Assembly: GCA_965112735.1 (NCBI GenBank)
Contig: OZ218952.1
Span: 3,100,001 to 3,164,000, forward strand
Source of the DNA: Phaeosaccion multiseriatum
Lineage: Eukaryota; Protista; Ochrophyta, other classes
DNA length: 64,000 nt
Direction: 5' to 3'
Below are positions 23,001-35,409 of this stretch, piece by piece. The position numbers and the translations under genes were made by a program. Under the pieces are notes generated by a model. It was not told the DNA's origin. It ran no database searches and worked only from the letters and a program-made list of their open reading frames with translations. Each line of letters opens with the position of its first letter. Position 1 is the stretch's first letter.

Positions 23001-23693
23001 TCCACGCAGCTTCGCCTTCGTCCAGCGGAAGCGAAGACCTGTCTGCCAATCTGATCCCCCCCCCTCACTCCCCCCCCTCTTATTCCATCACGCCCCCCTC
23101 CTCGATGCCTCTCTGTATGCATTCGGCTCCTGAGGACGATAGGACATCCACGCAGCTTCGCCTCCGTCCAGCGGAAACGAAGTCTACCGATGCGGTCCGA
23201 GCCACGCATTTCCACCCTCCCTTCACTCCTCCCCCTACTTATCTACCATCTTCCCACCACACCCCCCTCCTCGATGCATCTCTGTATGCATTCGGCTCCT
23301 GAGGACGATAGGACATCCACGCAGCTTCGCCTCCGTCCAGCGGAAACGAAGAGCTGTCTACTTACCCGTCCGGCCCGAGCTGCTTGCTCAACCCCACTCC
23401 CCTCCCCTCCCCAATTCCTCCCCCCCCTCATCTACTTTCTCTTCCCCTCAAACCCCCATCCTTGCCCCGCTGGATGCCTTCCGACGTCCCGACGGACGAA
23501 CTGGCGTCCATGCAGCTTCGCCTCCGTCCAGCGGAAACGAAGTCATACGTACATGTCCGGTCGGAGCCACGCAAACCCCACCTCCCACTCCTCCCTCTCC
23601 CACTCCTCCCTCCTTGCCCCTCCTGATGCTTGGGACTCCCGGTGGACCGACTGACATCCACGCAACTTCGCCTTCCGTCCAGCGGAAACGAAG
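23001..23693 (-). repeat. Array of five conserved 36-37-nt hairpin elements (cores 23001-23036, 23147-23182, 23316-23351, 23507-23542, 23657-23693); candidate cis-regulatory RNA structure
   Basis: + strand consensus TCCACGCAGCTTCGCCTCCGTCCAGCGGAAACGAAG; minus strand CUUCGUUUCCG-CUGGA-CGGAGGCGAAG pairs fully with two G-U wobbles. Confidence 0.9.
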
Positions 23694-23852
23694 AGTGTCT
23701 ACCAGTGTGCCCCGCGAGTTCAGACCCTCTTTAGATGCCCCTTCAACCACCCCTTTAGACCCCCGTACGGTTCGTCTCTCCTCGGTCCCCCACTCGAAAG
23801 TTGAGGGCCCCAAGTCCGAGACAAGTGGATGGTCGCTCTCCGCTCATGACAG

Positions 23853-26335
23853 CTACACCCCGGTGTGGTGGTGGTGGTGGTGCTGGTGCTGGTGCCGGTA
23901 TTGTTGTTGAAGTTGGTGATACATGCGTTGGTCATACATGAGCATCTGTTGGTGCTGCTGGACCTGCTGCTGCTCGTGGGGGGCGGCCCACCCGCGCAGC
24001 ACAGAAGGAGGAGCTCCCCTCCCCCAGTCCATCCTGCAGCAAGCTTGTAGACGCGGCGCCGGTACGGTCGGTGGGGGAGGGAGGGGGGTGTAGCGGCGTG
24101 TGTTGCGAGATGCGTGACCCACGAGGTGCCATCCCTCCCCGGTGCCAACTTCCCCCTCGCCCTCCCCCTCGTCCTCCCCGCCACCCTCCCTCCTCAAGGC
24201 GATGAGAGAGCGTCCGTCAGCGAGACTGCGGAACACAGGCAGACGAGAGAAGGCGAACCCTCCATGCGTCTGGTCCTGTTCAGTTGCTTCAGTCGCTCCG
24301 TCAACTCCTCCTCCCGATGCGTCGCACTGGAGACCATCCCTGCTGCTGTTGCTGCTGCTCCTGCTCTCGTTGTCGGTCTTGACGTCGTCACCCCCGTTGC
24401 TCAAGGCTGCCTCGTCTCCCTGCTCTCCCTTCTCTCCCACCTCACCCTGCTCCCCCTCCGGGCCCTCCGGCCCCTCCTCGCTGCTGTCTTGCTCGCTGGA
24501 GGTGCTCAAGCCACATGTGCTCATGGTGCTGTAACTGACGCTGCTCGTGCTGCGGCGAAGAGGCCACAAACCGTAACCCCTCCCCCCTTCCCCTTCTTCT
24601 TCCTCCTCCTCCTCCTCCTCCTCCTCCTCCTCCTCCTTCCCCTCCTCCTCCTTCCCCTCCTCCCCTTCCTTCCCCTCCTTCTTCTTTCTCTTCTTGGTCC
24701 TCGCTCCGCTGCGTGCGCCGCTCCCCTCGAAAGTGCGCACGAAGGATTGCCAGAGGGGCAGCACCGCGATTGCCAAGTAGGCACTGCGATGGGCCACGGG
24801 GCTTCTCACCACATTCGCAAGGCCCGGCTCATACACCCGACTCGCGGAGGGGACCTCTTCAACTGGGCTCTTGCTGCGGCTGCTGCTGCTCCTGCTGCTG
24901 CTCCTCAGAGTCTCGGGCTGGGACAGAGGCGGCCAGAAGAAGATGCCCTTGTTGGACTTGCCCTCGCTGGACAGGGAGGGGCGGCGGCATTCAGCGCGGA
25001 GGTGAGAGCTGCCCTCGCCCTCCACTCGCTCGTCGTGGATGAACATGCACCTGTAGAGTAGAGACAGGTTGGTGGGTTGGTGGGTTGGTCACACAGTGGG
25101 GCACTTGTTACTTGGTATGTCATGAGGGAGAGATACGTGCACTGCAAGAGCGGCAAGGGACAGCAGAGCGAGGCACCAGCGTTTGAAGCAGGAGAGTTCA
25201 AGTACCTACGCACAGCACACGGAGACAGAAGAGGGCGAGGTAGTAGAGTCAAGCCCTTAAGTACAGCATTGAGAGATGTCACAAGGCCTCTTACCTGGAG
25301 TTGTATGGGCAAGAGCCTGTCGCCACGAAGGTCTATTTATTGCATGGGCAAGAAGAGGGGGGCAAAGGCAAGAGAGTAGGGTAGAGGGGAGGTGTTCTCA
25401 CGTCAGGAGAGGGGGGGGAGAGTAGAGCAGAGCAGATCAGATCAGATCAGAAGTGTGTGCATGTGTGCCCTTCGCTACCTACTGCGGGGTGCTTTTCGCG
25501 TACGTACGTACCAGGCACAGGTTGCTTCGAAACCGCTGGGCGTTGGGGATTAGACCAGCTCGCTCCCTGTGGAGGAGGAGGAAAAACGCCAACAAAGGAA
25601 CAAGAGAGTTGGGGTCCCTCAATCAAAGACACCGACAAAGGAACTAGGGAGTGGGGGTGCCTCAATCCAGAGGTAGCCGGTAGCCGCGTGTTCGGAGAGG
25701 TCGGGAGGGCCGTGAAGCGAGACACACGCACCTCTCTTGAAGGCTCTTGTGCTTGAGTTCTTTCTCTCCGTGCGCAAAGTTGCACTTGTCTGGATTGGAT
25801 GGGAGTAGAAAACGGGGGAACAGAGGGGGGGAAGGGGGCGGGGTGGAGTTGTAAAGTGCCGCTTATATGGAGCAGAGAGGTTGCTTCCTACTCTCGTTGC
25901 TCACCTCCGAAGCGGCAATACCCCTCCAAGTAGTTCTGGCAAGCCTCCGTCTGCCCAACATTCGAACAGCCATACAGAGGAAGAGCAGGAGGTTAGCGAG
26001 GGAGACACAAGAGCGCGGCAGAGGACAGGCAGGAGCGAAGAGAGCGAACACACGTCCGCACCTCCTGAGCGAGGACCTTTCCTCAGCGATATCTGTCTAT
26101 GGTCTGCCTCGGTGGCATACCCGGGTGTAAGCTCGTACACTGCACTACTTGGGGGGAAGATTTCAAAACAACGCAAACTGCTGCACTGCACCTTGTGATT
26201 CTTAGGGGTGTAGTGCAAGGTCCTCTGGTGCGATCGAGAATCTCCTTCGTGTCTCCTGTTCCCTCCGCTGCGGCGTGTGCGGACCTCGCTGGGTCGTGGG
26301 GGGGAGCGAGCGCTCTCGTAGGCAAGCCGACCCAT
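23853..26335 (-). CDS. Tandem CCCH zinc-finger RNA-binding protein (TTP/ZFP36-like) with long low-complexity C-terminus; start codon tentative
   Basis: Small exons assemble to NHK|TEACQNYLEGYCRFG|DKCNFAHG (C-x7-C-x5-C-x3-H) and RFRSNLCL|TFVATGSCPYNSR|CMFIHD (C-x8-C-x5-C-x3-H). Confidence 0.88.
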
Positions 26336-26542
26336 CGTCCTGCTGCTGCTCCGGCGAGAGCAAGGAGGAAGGAGAGGGCTGGCACGAATGCAAAATTGGT
26401 GCTGCTAGTCTCCCCCTCTCTCTCTTCTTTCTTTCTCTCTTTCTTTCTTTCTCTCTCTCCCACCTCTCCCTCCTGCTCTAGTGTAGTGGACTGCATATTG
26501 CCGGGAGGACAAGGCCTATATGTTTAATTTTTGAATCGAGCG

Positions 26543-29500
26543 ATGGGAGCGACGAAGCGAGTTTGGACACGACCAGTAAGTCAATAAAGAGGAGACAGGA
26601 GCCCACGGAGCCTCGCCCTCTTGCGCTTCAGCTTCTGCTTGCGCTGTGTAATAAGCCTCTGCTCCCCATCCCGCCGTGTACCACCGTCCACCCTGCTCGG
26701 AGAGGGCGACGCCACCGACAGATGTGTAGCACGAAGGGGGGGGCGCTGGGAGGAGGAGGGAAATGGAAGCTCCTCCTAGCGGTGATATCCGCCACTACAG
26801 CTGCTGCCACCGCAGCAGGAGGGGCAGTAGGAGGAGGGAGGGGAGCAGCAGCAGCAGCAGCAACGGCTTCTGTGGCGTCTGGAGGAGGAGGGCGAGGAGG
26901 AGGAGGAGGAGGAGGAGGAGGAGGGGGTGGGGGACTACCCCAGGGTTGGGCGCAGTACTCACACGAAGGAAGGCCATATGTAAGTGGCAAATCGTAAGTG
27001 CCTGCTAAGGCCTTCTCCTGAAATAGCTTGCATCACCTCTCCTTGATTTTTGAGTCCTCTTGTGTGTGTGTGTCTCTCTTTCCCCCGTGGTGGCACCACG
27101 TGTTGAGGATTCATCTTGTCCCTTACTCAAGTACTTCGGAACATCCTCTCTGCATTTCACCCAACACACACACACAGTATTATAACGCCGGGACGGAGCA
27201 GACGACATGGGAGCACCCCGGGTACTCCTTAGGAAGAGAACAGGAGCCCGCCGGCCAGCAGCAGTATCAAGGCGGGATGCGGGAGGAGGGAAGAGGACGG
27301 GAAGGGGGCCGTCAGCAGCAGGCTGTCGGAGCAGAGAACGAAGAAAGAGAGGAGGCGAAGGGGTGGTTCGGCGGACTGCGTGGCAAGGGAAAGAGGGAGA
27401 GAGCGCGGGCCATCGAGGAAGGGGGAGGACAAGCAGGGGAGGGCACCAACTGGGCACAGCAACCACAACAAAGCTACGACCAACAACCCGCACAACAGCC
27501 GCAGTTTCAGGGCGATGGGCCGCAGCAAGATCAGGGGTGGTGGGGGCAGCGGCAGCAGCAGCAGCAGCAGCAGCAGCAACCGCCAAACGCCGCCACGCAC
27601 CCCGGTTACGAGAATGAGGCGTACGATTTTGACATGGGTGCCTACTATCCCGGGGACGAGGATTGGGCTGGTTGGCAACGGCAGGACCTGCAGCAGCAGG
27701 AGGAGGGGCAAAGGAGAGGGGGAGCGGAGGGCAAGACGGCTGCGGTGGGCAGCAGCCGCGATGAGGGAGGCGTAGAGGGGAGGTGGGAAGAGAACGACGG
27801 TACAAGGCGGCAAGTTGACGAGAAGGAGAATGACCAGCGGCAGACTGTGCCTTCAGAGCATTCAGAGGCGGGCGTAGATGGCACTATAGGTGGAATGCGG
27901 GGACCAACAGAGGCATCGGCATCAGTAGTAACCGCAGTAGCAGCAGGGGCAACGGGAGTAGAGGGGGGATCTATGGGCGGAACGGCTACGGCTGTAGAGA
28001 CTGACAACGCAGGAGGGGCGGGATTGGAGGTAGGAAGAGACGTGAGCGGGACGAGGGTAGAAGATGGAGGCGCAGACATGTACCAAGGGGGGCTTGGCTA
28101 TCGGCAAAGCGGGGTCGGAGGGGGGCAGCAGCAGCAGCAGCAGCCCCAGCCCCGCTTGGATAGCGTCCAGCAACAACAGCAACAACGGTATGGAGGGCAG
28201 CAGCAGGAGCAGGAGGGAGAGCAGCTGGCGGTACAGCAGCAGGAGGGACAGCAGGCGGGGCAGAACGGCGAGGGCTACTGGTATAATATGGACGGGGGTG
28301 TCGGGCCTGAAGACAATGTGGAGGGGTGGGGGGGTGATGACTTCTGGCAGCAGCAAGACGAGCAACAGCAAGACGAGCAGCAGACGCATGAAATGGTCAT
28401 GCAGCAGCTGCGTGTGGCTGTGGCGGAGCTGGAGGCGAGGGAGCAGGAGGTGGAGGTAGCGATGAAGGAGGCGGAAAGTCTGTCGAATGCCCTCTTCCAG
28501 GCGGAGGAGGAGCGGGATGGGTTGGCTTCCAATGTAACGGCTTTGCGGCGACAGGTGACTAACTAACTGACTGACTGACTGACTGACTAACTGACTGACT
28601 GACTGACTGACTGACTGACTGACGGCTGACTCACTGACTTACTGACTCACTGACTGACTACTAACTGACTGTGCTTTGCGGCGGCAGGTGAAGGTCGCCT
28701 TGGCCAAGAAGGAGGAAGCAGAGGACCAGCAGAAGCTCGCGCTGGCGGAGCGTAACACTCTCAGGTACGTACGTGCGTGCATACGTAATGCAGACACAGA
28801 GAGGACCTTTGAACGGGAGAAAGGAGGGGGAGGTGGAGGGGGCGGGCGGGGGGGCAGGGCAGCGTCAGGAGCTCAAGTCTCCTCCCTCCCTCCCGTACGT
28901 ACGTACGTACGTACGCACGCATCCAATATCCCATACTCTTCCAGGCTGGAGCTCAAGACAGCCCGGCGCGAGGTGTCTAAGGTAACCAAGGCCTTCTCAG
29001 CGGTGCGGGGCAACTGCAGCACCCTCACGGAGCAGCTCCGGACTAAAGAGGAGGAAGTGGAGCACCTTGAGGAGAAACTCGAGGTGAAGCACGCACACAC
29101 ACACACGCATTTGACTTACTCTACGAGGAGTCGCGTCGTCTCCTTCTGCTCTCTCGATCGACTTATCTGTTTGTCTTCCACATCCGCACCCAGACTCTCC
29201 CCTCCTCATTCTCCTCCTCCCCCTCCTCCCCTCTGCGTCACCAACAGGAGGTGCTGGACGATATGGTGGCTCTGGACAAGGCTCTGGAGGCGCATATGCA
29301 GCTCGCCAAGCCGTCGGGAGCAAGCCAAACCTGGACAAGATTCCGGAAGGTGCGGTGGAGAAGAGGGAGGCGAGGCGAGCAGGGTAGGGCAGGGCAGGGT
29401 AGAGGTGTATGGGCAGGGCAGGGTATAGGCATATGGACAGGGCAGGGTAGAGCAGGGTAGAGGTACTGGATAGGGTAGGGCAGCGTGGAAACTGGATGGA

Positions 29501-31317
29501 GGGATGGTCCGTCCTGCGGCTTCTCGCAGCAGGCAGAAGGGCTTCGCTTTGGGAAGCTGTGCATGTAGTATGTGACCCTGCTCATCTCCCTCCCTCCCTC
29601 CCTCCTTGCCTGCCTGCCTCCCTGCCTGCGTCCCTGCCTCCTTCCCTCTACCCCCCCCCCCCCTTCTCTTGCCCCAGGCGTACATCCGCCCCCTGCTGCC
29701 CAGCGGCTTGCGAGGGCCCTCTGTGGAGGAGGTGGAGATAGAGGAGATGGGCCGCGCTATCGAGAAGGCAGAGGAGAAGGCGGCTTTGCTCGAAGGTGAG
29801 ACATTATACTTGTATGATAGACAGACAGACCGACAGACAGACAGACAGACTGACAAACAGACGGACGGACAGACATACAGACAGACGGACAGACAAACGG
29901 ACGAACAGACAGACAGACAGACAAACTGGCAAACAGACGGATATACATTGCTTGATGTGTTTGTTTCCTCTCTTCCAACCCCTCCAGAGGCACCACTCAC
30001 GGCTTCGCCTGCCTTTCTCTCCTCTCTCTCTTCCCTACTCTCCATCTCTCTTGTGTGCTGCCGCTGCTGCTGCCGCTGGTGCCCCTGCCCTTAAGAGGTG
30101 ATAAGTTCCAAGGAGGAGCTTGTGAAGGAGCTCAATGAGCGTATCGCACACTTCGAAGACGACAGCGTGCTCCGCCGGCAGGTGAGGAAGGAAGCCAGTC
30201 AAAATCAAGACTTCTTCTCCTTTCCTTTCTGTTTCACGTACTCCTTCCTGCCTTCCTTCAGTGCCGAACTCACTACAATCCGTCTATGCTAACCCTTGCT
30301 GTGCCTTGCTGTGCCTTGCTGTGCGTTGCTGTGTGTGTTGTCGGGGCTGGTCAGGCGCTGCTGGAGCTGCGGGAGGGAGTGGCGGAGCTGACGGAGGAGC
30401 TGGCGGCCAAGGAGGGGCTCATCGAGGAGCTGCAGGGAGACACAGACACCCTAGAGGTGAGAGCGAGGAGCGGGGATCATCCATTTAGGACCATCCACTA
30501 AGGACCATCAATTTAGGACCATTCATTTACGACCTTCCATTCAGGACCATCCATTAGGACCATCCATTTATGACCATCCATCCCGCCTTTCCATCGACCA
30601 TCCAACCCAACCCATCCCAACCCAAACCCCCAGGAGCTCCTGCTCAACGCCGAAGCCAACAGCACGAGCCTGGCCTTGGAGCAGCAGGAGGATCGCCGCC
30701 AGACGGCTGCCAAGCTGGAGGAAATGGCGTTACAGACGTCGTGGTGGGCCACAGCAACATCAAGAAGACATGCGGGGGTCGCGGCGCTGCTGGTCAGGAT
30801 AGGGGGGGAGAGGGACCAGCTCCGGGCGGAACTGGAGGGCTTGAAGGGGCAACAACAGCATCCACAGCAGCAGCAGCAGCAGCAGCAGGAGCAACAGGAG
30901 CAACAACCACGACAACAGCAGTGCATGACTGATGCCTCATCGTCCGAGGCGGGGACAGCTACGGCAACAGCAGTTGATGATACAGCAGCAGTTGCAGCGA
31001 GGGTCGCGGTGGGAGCACGAGAAGGAGAAGGTGCGACAGGAGACGGAGGAGTAGTGGCAGCACTCGCGTCGCAGGGGGAGGGGGGGGGCTCGATGGCGGC
31101 GGACGCGGTACTCGATGGGAGAAAGGGTGAGGAGCAGGAGCATCAGTTTCAGCTTCAGTTGCATCAGCAGCAGCAGCAGCAGCAGCAGCAGCTTCAGCAG
31201 CAACAGCAGAATCAACGGGGCGGGATGATGAAACGGATGGCAGACTGGTGGAGAGCTTTGCTCGTGTTCCTGGGCTTCTTGAGAAAACACGCCGATTCAT
31301 CCCCAAATGTGCAATAA
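26543..31317 (+). CDS. WW-domain, Gln-rich, long coiled-coil protein with C-terminal hydrophobic segment, multi-exon; start tentative
   Basis: LPQGWAQYSHEGRPY|YYNAGTEQTTWEHP (WW split by intron 26980-27177); heptad-rich exons; WWRALLVFLGFLRK near the C-terminus. Confidence 0.8.
28555..28687 (+). repeat. 133-nt intron consisting of (CTGA/CTAA)n, flanked by a 19-nt direct repeat
   Basis: GCTTTGCGGCGACAG|GTGA (28540-28558) versus GCTTTGCGGCGGCAG|GTGA (28673-28691). Confidence 0.85.
30475..30565. repeat. Degenerate ~13-bp intronic minisatellite (AGGACCATCCATT)
   Basis: About six imperfect tandem copies. Confidence 0.75.
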
Positions 31318-31486
31318 AACTTATTTATAGTTTAGAAAATGGTGTGTTTCTCTCTCGTATCCCCCCCTCCTGTCCACTCACACACACATACGTAATTCTT
31401 AGCTTGTTCCTATGACTTGCCACATCTCCCTCGATGTGATATCTATCTATCCCCTCCCCCGTTCTTGTTCTTGTTCTTGTTCTGCC

Positions 31487-33347
31487 TTAGGCTATTGGCG
31501 CCATTGAATTCCCCTGCTCCCCACCCCCGTGACCACCCCGGGGGCTCTCCTCCCCTCGCCCCCCCGCCTCCATCTCCTCCTGCTGCAGGGGTGGCTGGTG
31601 CTGCTGCTCTCGCTGCTGCTGCTGTACAACCAACTGCTGCCCCCCAAGGAAGCTCTCCTCTGTCCCTGCCATGGAGTGTGACCTCGAGTGCGACCTTGAA
31701 TGCGCCCTACTCCCCACCGCGGTAGCGACTGTCCTTCCGCTACGACTCTGGGGGGCGAGGAAGCCTCCTTCATCTCGACTTGCACCCTGCCAGCCAAACC
31801 CCCCTTCCATGTTGCCAGACTCGCTGTCGTCACTGTCATAGTAAAGATCCTTAATCTCCCGAGGCCGTGCGGAAGCCGGGGCGATGAGTTTCCGTCCTTC
31901 CTTACCACCGTTTTTCTTCCTTCCGCGCTTCTTGGATAGACCGCCCAGCCCCGGAATTGCGGGCAGAGCTGACGTGGCCCTAATACTATCGTCTTCATTC
32001 TCACCCTCATGCTCATACTCATCATCGTGATCCGTACGCCGGCGCTCGTCCTCCTCCTCCCCATCGTCGTCGTCCTCGTCATCGTCGTCCTCCTCCCTCC
32101 CCTCCTCCTCCTGCTTCTGCTGCTGCTCCTGTATCACCAACTGCTGCTGCTGGTACTTGCGCCTCTGCCCCTCCATACTCTGCTTTGCCACTAACTCCAA
32201 GCTCGTGTCGCTCGTGTAAAGCGGGTTGGCAATGGCATCGTCCAAGCCTCTGTCCATACTCGCACACATGGCGAGAAAGGTGAGGTAGAACACCGCCACC
32301 AAACACAAACCATACGCCCACGATGGCACCGCCCCTTCTGTGAGTACCTCGAGATCACGCACCACAGATACACGCAGAGTGAAGAGGTAGACCAGCATGA
32401 CCCAGAGGAGGTAGTGTAGCACAAAGTACCCGAGCATCTTGCTCAGCACCGGCATGTGTTGGAAGCCTCCGTGCGGACCGCCCCCCCCGCCGACGCCCCA
32501 GTCAATCTCTAGCTGCAGCCCCAGGAAGAAGATGGCAAAGCCTCCCGTGAGGAGCGCCAGTCCCACGAAGCCTGCGATGCTCATGTAGCCGCCGAAGGTG
32601 GATTGCCCAGGGAGGGCCCGCGGCAGAGACGCCAACATGGCTTCTGCTGCCACCGAGTCTATCATCCTATCATCAGCCGTAGAGGAGTCGGCATCCACCT
32701 GCTCTCTGCCTTGTGGTGGTACAAGGGGGAGGTCTGAGCCCTCTGCCCAGGCCCACGGTACATCGCCTCCCCACTTTGCGCAGCCGCGGGCGACAGCCCT
32801 GTACGGCCGGTCTTCTTCTGCTGCTGCTGCAGTGCCTCCTTCTCCTGCTTCCGTTTCTTCCATCGTCCCCTCGATCAGCTGCCCTTGTCCGTTACCGCCA
32901 GCGAATACGCCTTCTATCCAGGAGGCCTCGGTCACAGCACAGGACCCTCCCCACCCAAACTTGACGTCGTACGTGATGAGCAAGTCGGTCATTCTGCTCG
33001 GGCCTGCAGACAAAAGACCATCCCCGCATAAGAGAGAAGGGACGGAGAAGGAGAGAACGGAGAAAGAAGAGCGTCAGAATGAGGCGTACAGGACTCCAAA
33101 GGGCTCCATGCTCGCTCTCCTCCTTGCAACTCACCTCCCCCCTCCCCAACACCCCTCACTCACCTGATCCCGCCTGCCTCTTGTGTACACGCTCTTCCAG
33201 CTTGGCTAATCCCTCAAACCTACAAACTATAGCCGTCAATGCGAAGGCAAAGGCAGCAGCGCACGCGACGCAGTAGAACGCCAAAAGTGGCACTCCACAC
33301 GGCCCGGACACAGCCAAGCTGCTTTTTATCGATTGCCGCTTGATCAT
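31487..33347 (-). CDS. Multi-pass membrane protein of unknown function with acidic/disordered C-terminal tail, 2 exons
   Basis: ATG 33347 (MIKRQS...) with a hydrophobic segment, phase-1 GT-AG intron, then a ~500-codon exon with three or more hydrophobic helices. Confidence 0.65.
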
Positions 33348-33765
33348 CTTCCCCCCCGTTGGCCGCAACGCCTCCGTCCTCTGCTGTGTCCCTCTTTTGC
33401 CCCAGCTAGGCTGGTTCGCGACTCATCGATTTGCAGGCCACAGATGGCACCCGATGACAATCCTGTGCCTTTGTCCATTCCCCTCTCTCCTGCTTTACTC
33501 CTCTGCTTGTTGCTGCAGCGCATCGGAGAGGAGGAGAGAAGCACAGGAAGGGGGAAAGGAAAGGGAGAGAAGCACAAGGACAGCTGCAGGGGCAGCGAAC
33601 TGCTGTCCCTCTCTCTCTGTCACCATCGCTCCATCAAAGAAAAAGACGGGGGGGAGGCAGAAGAAGGCAAACACGCCAAGCAAAGCAAAGCCCGCCACCG
33701 CGAGCAAGAGGAAGGGCAAGAGCAAGGCAGGGGACGACTCTATCTGTATCGGCGACGACGACACC

Positions 33766-34942
33766 ATGGTTGGGTGAGTGGTCCCGCTACGGAGCGCACG
33801 CCGAGGTGCTTTGGCCTTCGCGCTGCACTCGGTCCGGTTGGGGGGGCGGAAGCATGCGCGTCTTCTCTCCACCTCCATGCATTGAACCAAGGAAGGGACC
33901 CGCGTAATATTCCCCCCGAAATCGACTCCCCCCTCTCCGGATCGACGAAGGTACTTTCGCACTCACCCTCCCAATGAACGCACACTTGTCCAACTTCCGC
34001 GTTGGGGCCCAGATTCGGGCGCAAGGCAAGCAAGCAGTCCTCCGCAAAGGGTGTGGCCTCCATGTTCAGCAAGTACGAAGGCAGTGTGCCAAATTTCATG
34101 GAGATGGAGGGCATCGCGGAGCTGGGCACGGACCTCGGCCTCGACCCAAGCACCGATGTGGCGCTGTTAGTTCTCTGCTGGAAGCTCGGGGCCAAGTCTC
34201 CGGGAAGGATATCTAGGGAGGAGTTTGTCGCCGGGATGGAGTCGCTGTCGGCGGATAGCATGGAGACGGTGAGTGAGTTGGTGGACCCACCTGGGGCTTT
34301 GGGGGGAGGGGGGGACGGGGGGAGGGAGAGCGTTCTGTGCAGGGGGAGGGGACGGGGCACGGTCATTCCACGTTCTTTCTGTGGTTTTTTGCTTCCGTCA
34401 CCCTTGCTTCTCGGCTTGAGACGGCTTGCTGACAGGGAACAAGTCAGTCCTGTCGGGTATGCATAGGCTCGTTGTTTCATGCTCTCTCACCCGCTGCCTT
34501 GCCAATCCCCCCCCCCCCCCCTCCTCCCCCCTGTGTTTGGTTTCTTCCTGACCTCCCATCATGACCCAATCAGTTGAAAGCGCTATTGCCAAGCTTCGAC
34601 CCAGGCTTCATGGAGCAAGCGGACTTTAAGGAGTTTTACCGTTTCACCTTTCAATTCTCCCGCGAGGGCACCCACCGCACCATCGAAAAGGCCCTCATCA
34701 TCGAGCTGCTGCCCCTCGTCATTAGCAACCGCTCCAAGCACGTCACCAAATTTGTCGAGTTTTTAGAGAAGGCGGCCACAGATGAGGTCATCACCTTCGA
34801 CCAGTGGAACAGCTTCTTGGAGTTTAGCAGCGCGGTGGAGCCGTCGTTGGAGGGTTACGATGAGTCTGCGGCGTGGCCGGTGCTGCTGGATGAGTATGTG
34901 GAGTATGTCAAGCAGGGAGACAGCAAGCCACCCGCGAAGTGA
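33766..34942 (+). CDS. DCN1-like (PONY/cullin-binding domain) neddylation factor, DCUN1D4/5-like, 3 exons
   Basis: CACCATGG start, MVG|FGRK...; DVALLVLCWKLGAK, ISREEFVAGM, FKEFYRFTFQFSRE, DQWNSFLEF, YDESAAWPVLLDEYVEY. Confidence 0.93.
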
Positions 34943-35409
34943 GAAGAAAGAGTGGCTTCTTACACTTACTTGTCCTGTAGCAGAGGAGAGAAGCACACTT
35001 GCTTGCTTGCTTTGGGTCCACGGCTCGAAGGTCCGTTGCCTTCCAAAGCAAGGAAGAGGTGGAGGCGGAAGGGAGGAAGGGAGGAAGGAATGAATGAAGG
35101 AAGGAAGAGGGCAGTGTATGAGCCCTCTTATCATGTCAAGCAAAGGGCGGGGGGGGGGGGGGGGCGTGATATATATATATGCACATACATATATATATGA
35201 ATGAAGCACAGGGGATAAAGGAAGTATAGCAACACAAACAACACCACCGAGTGTGGTGGCGCCATCAAAATAACACCAATGTGAGAGTTGAGAAGGTCCT
35301 CTCAGCCCTGAACAAACAGGAAAGCGTGTGTGTGTGTGTGTGTGGGGGGGGGGGGGGGAGGGGCATGCGACGACGCGACGCAGCGCATACCTAGCCTTGC
35401 TTTGGCTTA

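Noticed and set aside
23128-23190. Hammerhead ribozyme (CTGAGGA...GAAAC on the + strand)
   Set aside because: CUGANGA is present in only two of five units, stem II is poor, and no stem III or cleavage triplet could be built.
23001-23693. CRISPR array (36-nt palindromic repeats)
   Set aside because: Spacers are 110-155 nt, C-rich and partly homologous to each other; no cas genes; eukaryotic context.
26464-26496. Upstream first exon (MQSTTLEQEGE) for the CCCH gene
   Set aside because: Splicing to the nearest acceptor enters a frame that stops at 26202; the ATG at 26335 fits better.
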